Of a stretch of 64,000 bases of DNA, positions 48,938 to 58,279 are shown in pieces (within the stretch, counting starts at the first letter, position 1; every line of letters starts with the position of its first letter). The DNA lies in the NCBI GenBank assembly GCA_964291235.2, contig OZ219816.1, positions 896,001-960,000 on the forward strand. The letters are read 5' to 3'. Made by a program: the position numbers and the translations under genes. The DNA comes from Vicinamibacteria bacterium. GTDB lineage: Bacteria; Acidobacteriota; Vicinamibacteria; Marinacidobacterales; Marinacidobacteraceae. The notes below the pieces were generated by a model. That model ran no database searches, had not been told where the DNA came from, and saw nothing but the letters and a program-made list of their open reading frames with translations.

Positions 48938-50053
48938 TCAGGGAGTGCCGGCGTGTTCCAGAGCCGTCTCGGCGAGGCGGCGCGCCGTTTCGGGCAGGCC
49001 GTCCGCGCTTTGGACGTTCGAGAACACGGCGACCGCGACCCCGCGCTCCGGAAGGCGCAGCAGTCGGGTGCTGCCCCCCGTGGCTCCTCCCGAGTGGGCG
49101 ACCCAGGTGCCCATGTCGTCCGTCGCGATGCGCCAACCAAGCGCGTATTCGCTCATGGTGCCGTCGGCGAGCTGATAGGGAGTCGTCATCCGGTCGTGGG
49201 TCGAGGCCGGGAGGATCGTTTCTGCGTCGATCGCGAGCGCGAAGCGGACCAGATCGGGCGCGGCGGCGATCATTCCACCGCCAGCCCACTTGATCGACAG
49301 GTCGGCAAACGGGGCGTTCAGCACGCCGGCGGCGTCCTCCCGTTTCACGTACTGGCGCACCCGGTTCGGGACGATGTCACCCTGGTGCTCCAGGTAGGTC
49401 GTTTCCATTCCGGCTGGCCCCCAGACGTTTTCCTGCATGTAGGCGTCGAAAGTCTGTCCCGAGACGTTCTCGACGATGCCGGCCACGATGTTCCAGGCGT
49501 AGGACGAATAGCTGTACTGCGTCCCGGGCTCGAAGAGGAGCGGGTCGTCCTTGAAGATCTCGATGGCGGCCTCGATGGTGTCGAAATGGTCCTTCATGTC
49601 CATCTCGCCCGGGTTGTAGTGACGGATTCCCGACGTGTGGGTCATGAGATGGCGGACGGTGATGGGAGACTCCTTCTCGGGGAAGGCCGGAAAGTAGGTC
49701 TGGACCTCGGCATCGAGGTCGACGGCGCCCTGCTCCACGAGCTGCATGAGCGCGACCCCCGCGACCGGCTTCGAAATGGAAGCGATCCGGTACACGCTCT
49801 CGGCGGTTGCCGGCACCGCGTTCTCGATGTCGGCCAGTCCCGAAGCGCCGCTCCAGACGAGCTCTCCGTTCACGGCGACCGCGGCGGAGAGACCGGGACT
49901 TCCGGCGGCGTCCCGGGCCTCCGCGACGATGGCGGCCAGTGTCTCTTCGAGGGTGGGTTCGGGGTCGGCCCCGCCGCACCCGCCGAACAGTGCGAAGACG
50001 ACAAGGGCGGCTGGCAGCCGCAGGTCAACTCTCTTGAAAGCCAGGCGGTTCAT
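48938..50053 (-). CDS. Serine hydrolase, beta-lactamase class C-like, probable lipoprotein
   Basis: SISK, LMTHTSG, YSYSS, HSG. Confidence 0.88.
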   Translation of the reverse strand: MNRLAFKRVDLRLPAALVVFALFGGCGGADPEPTLEETLAAIVAEARDAAGSPGLSAAVAVNGELVWSGASGLADIENAVPATAESVYRIASISKPVAGVALMQLVEQGAVDLDAEVQTYFPAFPEKESPITVRHLMTHTSGIRHYNPGEMDMKDHFDTIEAAIEIFKDDPLLFEPGTQYSYSSYAWNIVAGIVENVSGQTFDAYMQENVWGPAGMETTYLEHQGDIVPNRVRQYVKREDAAGVLNAPFADLSIKWAGGGMIAAAPDLVRFALAIDAETILPASTHDRMTTPYQLADGTMSEYALGWRIATDDMGTWVAHSGGATGGSTRLLRLPERGVAVAVFSNVQSADGLPETARRLAETALEHAGTP

Positions 50054-50063
50054 GGCTTACCCC

Positions 50064-51173
50064 CTATGGATTGTCAGCGGGCAGGTGGGCGGTGGCCGCC
50101 TCCCACACCCGCTCGAAGTTGCCGCCGAGGATCGCCTCGACTGCATCGCTGTCAAAACCGGCTTCGGCGAGCGCTTCCGCAATCGCTTCGAAGTTGGCCT
50201 CTTCGCCGAACCCTTCACTGTAGGCCGACATGCCTCTCAGATCGCTCCCGATGCCCGCCGCGGTCATCCCTCCCGTATCCGTGACATGGCGGATGTGCCG
50301 CGCCATGTCGGAGACGGTGGGAACCTGGCTCCCGTTGGGCCAGATCCCGATCACCCCGCCGTCCGCAGCGATCGCGCGAATCTCGGGATCGCGGAGGTTC
50401 CGGTCGGCTTCGCCGAGCGCGAACGCTCCGGTGTGGCTGAAGATGACAGGAACCCGGGACAGCTCCAGGGTGTCCCGGATTGTCTCCGGATTGGCGTGGG
50501 CCAAGTCGATGACGATGCCGAGGCGGTTGCACTCGCGGACCACCTCGCGTCCGAACTCGGTGAGCCCCCCGGGGGTATAGGGCCAGGTCTGAATGTGCCC
50601 GATCCCGTTCGGCCGGAAGTGGACGAGCTGGGCCACGGCGAGTCCCATCTGATGCAGTTCGTGGAGCCGCTCGATCCTGCCCTCGAGGGAGTCCGATCCT
50701 TCGAGCGCCGGGAGGATCGCCAGCGCTCCGTCCGCCCGGGCCCGGCGCGCCTCGGCCGGGGTCCGGACGAAGACGGCGTTCCCCTCTCGGGCGGTCCGCG
50801 TCAGCCGCTCGAAGCGGTCGAGGGTGTATTCCCAGGGCTCTCCCGGATCGGGGCGGCGATTGCCGGACTCAATCCGGGTACCGTCGCGCAGGACGTAGCC
50901 ACCCCGGTATGGGGTATCGGTGCTGATGGTCGCCACCACGGCGTCCATGCCGCGGTCGAGGTAGCGGGCGATCTCCTCATCGCTGATCCGGGGCACGTTG
51001 GCCCGGTGAAAGCGGGACGGGTGGGAGTGGAGATCGATCCGGAGCGGGCCCTCCTGAGCGGCGGCGAGGCCGGCGGTGAGTGTGGGCGCGGCGAGGCAGA
51101 GTGCCGCGGCTCGCACCGCCGCCGGGAACGGGTGGCGTCTCCGGCAGCGTCCTCGCCGCGGTCCGGAGACCAC
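50064..51173 (-). CDS. Membrane dipeptidase (M19)
   Basis: DLHSH, LEG, IDLAH, SHTG, GIGSD, ILGGNF. Confidence 0.85.
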   Translation of the reverse strand: MVSGPRRGRCRRRHPFPAAVRAAALCLAAPTLTAGLAAAQEGPLRIDLHSHPSRFHRANVPRISDEEIARYLDRGMDAVVATISTDTPYRGGYVLRDGTRIESGNRRPDPGEPWEYTLDRFERLTRTAREGNAVFVRTPAEARRARADGALAILPALEGSDSLEGRIERLHELHQMGLAVAQLVHFRPNGIGHIQTWPYTPGGLTEFGREVVRECNRLGIVIDLAHANPETIRDTLELSRVPVIFSHTGAFALGEADRNLRDPEIRAIAADGGVIGIWPNGSQVPTVSDMARHIRHVTDTGGMTAAGIGSDLRGMSAYSEGFGEEANFEAIAEALAEAGFDSDAVEAILGGNFERVWEAATAHLPADNP

Positions 51174-52562
51174 TTACTCCTGCTCGTCCGTCGTTTCCGT
51201 CGGCAGCACCACCCGGGCGACGCCGTCCCTGATTTCGAACTGCGTCCCGTAGGGTTCGGAGAGGCGCACCAGATCCTGCAGGATCTTGTCGGCGAGTTCG
51301 CCCTCCGCCATCATCGGCCGGCCGCGGACGTGGCGCGGCTGCCCGAATCCGAGGTCGATGGGGTGGAGCGTCAACTCGACCAGTTGCTGGCCGCTCCACT
51401 CCGGCACCGCGATGACGGCTTCCCAGATCTCGGGAATGGCCGGGAATCCGGTGGTGTCGTTGTTGTAACGCGCTTCGTTGAAGTCCGCGAGGCCGTCGTC
51501 CTCGCCCAGCCCGAGGCGGTGGTAGTTCTCGTAGGGCAGGCGCTGGAGCGTCTCGTTCTGGAACACGAAGTCGCCGAGGCTGTAGAGGATGGGCGCTCCC
51601 TTGTACATCTCGATGGCGCGCAGCGCGTGAGGGCCGTGCCCCACGAAGACCGAGGCGCCGGCGTCCACCATCGCCCGGGCGAAGGTCTCGAGGAACTGGG
51701 CGGGAACCATGCGGCTGTCGGGACCGGGGCGGCCCTCGTGCGCGTGGATCGTCACCATGACGTAATCGGCCTGGCGTTTGGCATTGCTGACGATCATGGC
51801 GATCTCCGCCATGTCCTCGGGGTGCGGCTCGGTACGGACTCCGGGCGCATCCGCCAGCTCGAACCGGTTGCGCAGGAAGTTCAGGCGGTCCCCCGACGCG
51901 GGCGGGTTCATCTTGAGATCGCGCATGGTCGCGCGGACGCCTTCGAGCTGTTCCCTGGTGACCTCGTAGGTGCGGATGTGCCGCAGCGGACTCAACCCCG
52001 GCCGCGGCGGGATGTCGTCACGCGACTTGCCGGCCATCGAATGGTCGGGGAAGGTCGAGGCAAGCGAAATCATCGCCACCCGGCCGTCCTTGGTCTCGAT
52101 GAATTTGGCCTCCCGGGCCTCGGCGAGGCTGCGTCCCACGCCCGCGGCGACGATGCCGGCTTCCCGGATGTACTGCTCGGTGAGCAGCATGGCCGGTGGT
52201 CCGTAATCCCCGGAGTGGTTGTTGGCCAGCGATCCGACATCGATCCCGGCCCACACGAACTCCTTGACCAGTTCCGGCTGGGCCCGCATGTAGGTGCCGC
52301 CGCTGGAACTCATCGGGTAGGACTCCCAGTCGTGGAAGAGGACTTCCACGTTGGTGAACGCCAGGTCGGCGCCCCGCAGGAGATCGATCATCCGCAGGAA
52401 CTGAGGCTCCTCGTAAACACTCAGCTTCCGGGTGATGATCGAATCACCCGTCAGCGCCATGGTGAAGCGGTCCTGGGCGAGCGACTCGGTTGCGAGTCCG
52501 GCGGTCAGGGCCCCGGCGATCAGGGCCGGCAGGAGTCGGGAAGTTCTTGTCTGGTGGGGCAT
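51174..52562 (-). CDS. CapA/PgsA family metallophosphatase-fold protein
   Basis: LTGD, LANNHSGD, IHAHE, GHGPH, YSLGDFVF; signal peptide. Confidence 0.88.
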   Translation of the reverse strand: MPHQTRTSRLLPALIAGALTAGLATESLAQDRFTMALTGDSIITRKLSVYEEPQFLRMIDLLRGADLAFTNVEVLFHDWESYPMSSSGGTYMRAQPELVKEFVWAGIDVGSLANNHSGDYGPPAMLLTEQYIREAGIVAAGVGRSLAEAREAKFIETKDGRVAMISLASTFPDHSMAGKSRDDIPPRPGLSPLRHIRTYEVTREQLEGVRATMRDLKMNPPASGDRLNFLRNRFELADAPGVRTEPHPEDMAEIAMIVSNAKRQADYVMVTIHAHEGRPGPDSRMVPAQFLETFARAMVDAGASVFVGHGPHALRAIEMYKGAPILYSLGDFVFQNETLQRLPYENYHRLGLGEDDGLADFNEARYNNDTTGFPAIPEIWEAVIAVPEWSGQQLVELTLHPIDLGFGQPRHVRGRPMMAEGELADKILQDLVRLSEPYGTQFEIRDGVARVVLPTETTDEQE

Positions 52563-52641
52563 AAACGCGATCCTCCGCAGGACCTGCGAGTATGGCAGAA
52601 AGGAAAACCCGCGCGGAAACGCCGACCCCATCGGCGGGCTG

Positions 52642-53424
52642 CTAGCCGGGAGTTTTCATACTCAGGGCCCAAGGTGTCGCGCAGATCACGCCAATCTGTT
52701 GATGATGTCGGGAGACACACACCGGGGGCGGGCCGCAGGCCCGCGTCGGCGCCGACCCCACCCGCCGGCATGGTTCCCGTCTCCGCCCGTACCCCACTCG
52801 GCGCGGTGGCCCGGTTCTCCTATCGCCAAGTGGCCCAGTGCTGGATGTCGCTTGACACCCACGCAACCAGGACCGGCGTGACGCCTTCGTGCGTGTGCGA
52901 CATCACGGCTCGTGGGGTTCCCGCCGAGGGGGACCATCCTGACGCTGGGGGTTCCATCCCGCCGCCCCGCTTCGTGGGGTGGTGCCGGTCTGGAGGTCGG
53001 CATGGTGGCGCGCAGGCACGGGAACGCCGACCTCCAGGTCGGCACAGCGGGCCGGCAGGCCCGCGTCGGCGAAGACCCCACCCGTCGGTATGGCTCCCGT
53101 CTCCGCCCGTACCCCACTCGGCGCGGTGGCCCGGTTTCTCTGTCGCAAATTGGCCTGGTGCTGATGTCGCTGGACACCCACGCAACCAGGACCGGCGTGA
53201 CGCCTTCGGCGTGTGCGGCATCACGGCTGGTGGGGTTCCCGCCGAGAGGGGACCACCCTGACGCTGGGGGTTCCATCCCGCCGCCCGCCGGTGGCGGGCT
53301 GTGCCGGCCTGGAGGCCGGCGTTCCCGTGCCTTTACGACATCAACGCCGGGGGGCGCCGTCCCGCCGAGAGGGGAACCATCCGGCGTCGATCTCTGCGGC
53401 GGCCGGATGAGGAATCCCGGCTAG
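52642..53424. mobile_element. Non-autonomous TIR element (MITE family A) with internal ~320-bp duplication
   Basis: CTAG-CCGGGAGTTTTCAT ... ATGAGGAATCCCGG-CTAG ends; direct repeats ~52728-52967 and ~53047-53287; three REP-like palindromes; no credible ORF. Confidence 0.75.
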
Positions 53425-54860
53425 CGGCGGTAATCCAGCGGTGGCGGCCGGTCGCCCAGCAGCGGCTCGTACATGAAGTCCGGACCGCGCGCGGCGTTCA
53501 GTTCCTCCTGTGCCGCCGTCAGGTGCGACGGGTCCAGGAACAGGTCGGCGGCGGTGCGCGCAAGGACCTGGGCAGCGAGGTGCATGCCCTTGAGTCCGAT
53601 GCTCATCCCACCACTGGCCACCGCCATCCAACTGTGCGACGGGGTCCCCGGAACATAGGTCGCGGTCCGGAACTGCGCGGTGGGCACCACCCAGCTCACG
53701 TCGGCCACGTCGGTGGAGCCTCCTGCGGGGGTCCGCCGCCATTCCATGACTTCTTCCTGCGATCCGATGGGGCGCGGTTGCTGGAGATGCTTCTGGAGTT
53801 CCTCCGCGAAGGCCCGTTCCTCTTCGGTATAGGCGAAGCCGCCGATGGCCTTCATATTGTCGAAGAGGAGGCGACCGATGTGCTCGTTGGGGAGCAGGTT
53901 GTAGATCCCGTGGATCATCTCGTGCTCCACTTCGGTTCCGGTCCCGAGCGCCGCTGCGTCGGCGGCCTTCAGGATCCGCTCCCAGTTGGCGCGGGCGGTT
54001 TCCACCGAGGGGTGCCGGTTGTAGTAATAGACCTCGGCGAAGTTCGGAACCACGTTCGGGGCCTCGCCGCCCCGGGTGATGACGTAGTGGATCCGGCTGC
54101 GCTCGTGGACGTGCTCGCGCATCAGGTTCACCATGAAGTTCATGGCCTCCACGGCGTCGAGCGCCGAACGGCCCTGGTCCGGAGCGCCGGCGGCGTGGGC
54201 GGAAACACCCCGGAAGCGGAACTTGGCGGACAGGTTGGCGAGCGAATCGCCCGGACTCGCGTCATTGCGGTCCCCGGGGTGCCAGGCGAGCACCGCGGCC
54301 ACATCGGCGAAGAGGCCCCCGCGGACCATGTACACCTTCCCGGCGCCGCCTTCCTCGGCGGGGGTGCCGTACACCCGGATCCGGCCCGGGGTTCCCGAGC
54401 GTTCGAGCCAGTCCTTGATCGCCAACCCGGCCGCCACCGAAGCGGTGCCGAAGAGGTGGTGCCCGCAGGCGTGCGCGGCGCCGACGCCCTCCCGCTCCAT
54501 CGGTTCCGGAACCGCCGCCTGGCTCACTCCCGGCAGCGCGTCGAACTCGGCGAGGATGCCGATCACCGGGCCCTCGGACCCCCATTCGGCGACAAAGCCG
54601 GTCGGCATTCCGGCGACCCCGGCGTCCACGGTGAAACCGCCGGCGGTGAGCTGTTCCTGAAGGAGTGCCGAACTCTGTTCCTCCTGATAGCCGACTTCCG
54701 CCCAGTCCCAGATCCGCAGCGCCACCTCCTCGAAGTCGGTGCGCTGGGCGTTCAGAAACTGGGTGACGATGGTGGCGGCGTCCGCGTCCTGGGCGGCTGC
54801 CTGGGACGGGAGCAAGAGGGCGGGTAGCACGGTCAGAAGCAACAAATGGCGGACTCGCAT
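53421..54860 (-). CDS. M20 amidohydrolase (AbgB-like), secreted
   Basis: EFDALPG, HACGH, GTPAEEG, WHP, GSTDV. Confidence 0.88.
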   Translation of the reverse strand: MRVRHLLLLTVLPALLLPSQAAAQDADAATIVTQFLNAQRTDFEEVALRIWDWAEVGYQEEQSSALLQEQLTAGGFTVDAGVAGMPTGFVAEWGSEGPVIGILAEFDALPGVSQAAVPEPMEREGVGAAHACGHHLFGTASVAAGLAIKDWLERSGTPGRIRVYGTPAEEGGAGKVYMVRGGLFADVAAVLAWHPGDRNDASPGDSLANLSAKFRFRGVSAHAAGAPDQGRSALDAVEAMNFMVNLMREHVHERSRIHYVITRGGEAPNVVPNFAEVYYYNRHPSVETARANWERILKAADAAALGTGTEVEHEMIHGIYNLLPNEHIGRLLFDNMKAIGGFAYTEEERAFAEELQKHLQQPRPIGSQEEVMEWRRTPAGGSTDVADVSWVVPTAQFRTATYVPGTPSHSWMAVASGGMSIGLKGMHLAAQVLARTAADLFLDPSHLTAAQEELNAARGPDFMYEPLLGDRPPPLDYRR

Positions 54861-54970
54861 CGAGGGGCCTCCTGGTCAGTGGATGGGGTGTCGGACCGGG
54901 TTTCGAGTGTACCCGGAGGTGGACGTTGCCCGGCTGTACGGACGGGTGGCCGCCGCGTTACAGTGGCGAC

Positions 54971-55960
54971 ATGGCAATCGCAAGGATCCAGTCGGTCGTC
55001 ACGGCGGTGCTCGTCCTCTTGCTCGCCGCCACCGGACAGGCTGAAGACGAGAGGAAGAGGCAGGAAGAGGAGGGTGACGCCGGCCGGGTTGGGGCAGGTG
55101 TTCAGAAGTGGTTCGCCCAGCTCCCCGAAATGGACCTTGCGTCCAGGTCGCGAAAGCCCGCGGCGCTGGCGGCGGGCGCCGCTCAAGGGTTCTCCGGACC
55201 GTCCGGGATGCGAGTCGAACTGTTTGGCCGGGCCGGACTCTCGCTGCTGAACGTCACCGCGGAAGATTCGATCGGGATCGCCGGCGGGCCGGAGGGCTTC
55301 GGAGAATCCCTTAGCGCTACCCGGCTCGTTTCCGAAGTCGGCTGGGGCGGCGGAGCGCGCCTCATGTCGGGGAACTGGGGGGTGGAAGGCACCTACAGCA
55401 TCTTCGAGAGCTTGGCGCTTTCCCCCTCATGGCTCGTCATTGATGACAACGCGGGGTCGGAAGTCCAGACCGGAGTGCTCGATCAACCGTTCGTGCCTTC
55501 CCGCGGGTCCGTCCTGCTGGGCCAGGTGATTCGTACGTTCCGCTTCTCGAACAGCGCGGAACTCTCCGTAGGTCTCGGCGCCGGCTGGTTGCGCGCCACC
55601 GATTCGAGCACGGACCGCCTGCTGTCCGGAGGGCCGACTCGGGATGCGCAGCAACAGCTCGTGGAGGACATCTCCATCGAAATCCCGCCGGCCTTCATCC
55701 CCGAGGTGGAGTTCACCGCCGACCGGACATCGGTCGTCTATGCGGGCTCCCTTGGTCTTGCGTTTCGGCTCGGCCGGATGCTGCTCCGCCCTCGCGCCGA
55801 CGTCATCATCTCGAAGGCCCTGACGACCGAGCTGACCGTCGGTTTTCCGGACCTTGGCGAGTTGACCCCCGAGGATGCGGGGAGTTTCGAACTCAGCTAC
55901 GGCACCAGCGTCAAGCCCACCATCTTCCTGATCTCGTTGGACATCGGGCTCTCGAACTGA
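54971..55960 (+). CDS. Putative outer-membrane beta-barrel protein, paralog 1
   Basis: Signal peptide; ELFGRAGL, WGGGARL, WGVEGTY, LRPRADV, FLISLDIGLSN. Confidence 0.62.
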   Translation: MAIARIQSVVTAVLVLLLAATGQAEDERKRQEEEGDAGRVGAGVQKWFAQLPEMDLASRSRKPAALAAGAAQGFSGPSGMRVELFGRAGLSLLNVTAEDSIGIAGGPEGFGESLSATRLVSEVGWGGGARLMSGNWGVEGTYSIFESLALSPSWLVIDDNAGSEVQTGVLDQPFVPSRGSVLLGQVIRTFRFSNSAELSVGLGAGWLRATDSSTDRLLSGGPTRDAQQQLVEDISIEIPPAFIPEVEFTADRTSVVYAGSLGLAFRLGRMLLRPRADVIISKALTTELTVGFPDLGELTPEDAGSFELSYGTSVKPTIFLISLDIGLSN

Positions 55961-56107
55961 TCCGCGTCGAGGAGCGCCGAAGGGGACCGCTGATCGGTCC
56001 GTCAACCAAGGTTCCTTGGCCAGTTCGGTATCGGAAGGGCAGGGGCAAACCCGTCGAGTCCGGCACTTGCGGGAGCGGACTGCGCCTGTCAATCTTCATA
56101 TGACTCA

Positions 56108-57178
56108 ATGACCGTTTCTTCACGTTGTTTACTGTTGGTGGTTGTGGCACTGGCCGCGTTCTCGCCTCTCGTCGCCGCTGGAGACGACGGTCCGAAGAAG
56201 GCTGGTGCGCGCGGGACTCCGGCCCCGGCCGGGAAGCCCTTCGGTGACGGCGAGGGAACGTCCTGGGAGGCGGCGGTCCTCTTGCGTGGGGCCTTGGCCG
56301 GGCTCCGTTCACCTGGGGAGTTCATCGCGGGCTCCAGCCATCGGGGGTTCCCTGACCTTACGAGAAGGCATCAGACCGCGGCGTCGGAAGGCACCCTCGT
56401 TTTGCCGACGGCTGTCGCCCAGGGATCTCCCGGATCCTCCGGGATTCAGGTCGAACTCTTCGGCCGCGCCGGTTTGGCGCTCCTGAATGCGTCGGCCGAG
56501 GACTCGCTCGGACTCGCGGCCGGGATCCCGGGAGCTGTGGAGCCGCTGTACGGTTCGCAACGCCTCTCCGAGTTCGGTTGGGGAGGAGGGGCACGGCTCA
56601 TGTGGGGCGACTGGGGCGTCGAAGGGACATACAGCACCCTCGATAGCCTCGCGCTCTCTCCCGGGTGGCTCTTTTTCGACGAAGCGGTGGTGGTTTCCGG
56701 GACTCCGGAAGCGTTCTTTCCCATGGTTGCCTCCCGGGCAAATGTCTTTCTCGGACAGGTCGTAAGGACCTTTCCGCTGTCAAACTCGACGGAGTGGTTC
56801 GTCGGTTTGGGTGGTGGCTGGATGCGGGCCGCCGACACCGACGACCTGTTCGTGGTGACACCGATGCCCAATGACCTGGACGACTATCCGACGGGGCTGC
56901 CCGCTGATTCCTTCGCGGGACTTGTTCCGGAGGTGGAGCTGACCGCCGATCGGAGTTCCGTTGTCTATGCCGGCTCCGTCGGTCTCCTGTTCCGGCGCGG
57001 ACGGGTTGTCTTCCGCCCGCGGGTGGACATCATCATCGCCCGCGCGCTGACGACCGAACTGACGGTTGGCTTTGACCTGCCGGACGTTGAAGAAGTTGAC
57101 GGCGTCGACTTCGTCTATACCAGCAGCGTCACTCCGACGATCTTTCTCGTCTCGGTCGACATCGGCCTCTCGAACTGA
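56108..57178 (+). CDS. Putative outer-membrane beta-barrel protein, paralog 2
   Basis: Same motifs as paralog 1; ends FLVSVDIGLSN. Confidence 0.62.
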   Translation: MTVSSRCLLLVVVALAAFSPLVAAGDDGPKKAGARGTPAPAGKPFGDGEGTSWEAAVLLRGALAGLRSPGEFIAGSSHRGFPDLTRRHQTAASEGTLVLPTAVAQGSPGSSGIQVELFGRAGLALLNASAEDSLGLAAGIPGAVEPLYGSQRLSEFGWGGGARLMWGDWGVEGTYSTLDSLALSPGWLFFDEAVVVSGTPEAFFPMVASRANVFLGQVVRTFPLSNSTEWFVGLGGGWMRAADTDDLFVVTPMPNDLDDYPTGLPADSFAGLVPEVELTADRSSVVYAGSVGLLFRRGRVVFRPRVDIIIARALTTELTVGFDLPDVEEVDGVDFVYTSSVTPTIFLVSVDIGLSN

Positions 57179-57213
57179 TCCGATGCGACGCGCCCGGCGG
57201 CGCCTCGCTTCGG

Positions 57214-57480
57214 ATGACCGAGGGTGACTTCCGGGCGGATCGCGGTGTGGCGGTGCTGGGCGGTTCGCTGGGCCTCACGCTGAAAATGGCGCGGATGTTC
57301 CTGCGCCCTCGGCTTGACGCCTTCCTCGGCGGGGCGCGGACTACGGAGGAGAGTTGGGGCATGGACTTCGACCCTCCCGGGGCACAGGGTCAGACCGCGA
57401 GCACCATGACGCTCGACACGACCATGCGGCCGAGGGTTTTCCTCTTCAGCGTGGAAGTCGGTTGGTTGTCTCGACCGTAG
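57214..57480 (+). pseudogene. C-terminal fragment of a third beta-barrel paralog
   Basis: Only the last strands (ADR...GSLG...LRPR...FLFSVEVGW); no signal peptide. Confidence 0.6.
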
Positions 57481-57549
57481 CTCCGTTCCCGGTTCCCACG
57501 CGGTGATCGGCCGTCCTGGGTTTGGCGTCGCCGGGAGGAGGCGACCCGG

Positions 57550-57939
57550 TCAGTGGCCCCAGACAGTCTCCACGTCCGGACAACCGAGAAGCCGCGCGTC
57601 GGCGGTGATGAGCCGCAGTCCGAAGACCTTGGCGGTGGCGACGATGAATCGGTCGGCCGGGTCTTCATGGTCCAGGCGAAGCTGCCGGCTGGCCGCCGCA
57701 ACCTCAAAGGTTAACGGAGCCTCGCGCACCGAGCGCGCCGCATCCCGGAGCCACGCTCGTGGGTTGGGGGACAGGGTGATGCGACCCTTCTCGGCGAGAA
57801 GGAGGGCTTCCCAGAGACTGATCGGCGACAGTCGCGGCGGTTCGGACGCCGTTTCGAGCTCTTCCCTGATCGACGACGGGAGCCGAAGCGGCTCGCCGAT
57901 GCCCCAGATCCAGACGTGGGTGTCCAGGAGGAAGGCCAC
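57550..57939 (-). CDS. vapC: PIN-domain VapC-family toxin
   Basis: LLDTHVWIW, SPISLWE, HEDPADRFIVATA, LITAD. Confidence 0.9.
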   Translation of the reverse strand: MAFLLDTHVWIWGIGEPLRLPSSIREELETASEPPRLSPISLWEALLLAEKGRITLSPNPRAWLRDAARSVREAPLTFEVAAASRQLRLDHEDPADRFIVATAKVFGLRLITADARLLGCPDVETVWGH

Positions 57940-58176
57940 TTAGCGGAGGGCTTCCCAGTCGGACGGCTCCGAAACCGGTGCGACGATGTCGCCGTGGATC
58001 GTGACGGACCCCTTCATCGAGCCGAGCCAGCTTCCGGCCGAACTCGGGGCGGGAGGGACGATTCTCGCGATCGGCTTGCCTCGCCGGGTCACCAGGACCG
58101 GTTCCCGGGTCTGGGCAACCCGGTCCAGGACCGCGAGGCAGGTGGCTTTGAACTTCGAGATTTGAATCCGCCGCAT
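57940..58176 (-). CDS. Phd/YefM family antitoxin
   Basis: ISKFKATCLAVLDRVAQTREPVLVTRRGKPIARIVP. Confidence 0.9.
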   Translation of the reverse strand: MRRIQISKFKATCLAVLDRVAQTREPVLVTRRGKPIARIVPPAPSSAGSWLGSMKGSVTIHGDIVAPVSEPSDWEALR

Positions 58177-58182
58177 AGACCT

Positions 58183-58212
58183 ATCCTACTATGGTCAACA
58201 ACCATGGTCCAA
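58183..58212 (-). promoter_or_regulatory. Probable promoter/operator of the Phd-VapC pair
   Basis: ATGGT-CAACA-ACCAT palindrome and repeated GACCAT; TAGGAT just before the ATG. Confidence 0.45.
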
Positions 58213-58279
58213 TAGGAGGTAACCGAGTTGACCCGGAATCTGCTCGGTCCACGCCCACGTTACCGGTGGGCGGAGCGAA

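Noticed and set aside
49746-53261. 1171-aa plus-strand ORF
   Set aside because: Antisense shadow of well-supported minus-strand genes and the MITE; expected in high-GC DNA; no motifs.
52642-53424. Possible CRISPR array or small protein genes
   Set aside because: Repeats are ~240 bp with no regular short repeat-spacer period, no cas genes, and indels break frames.
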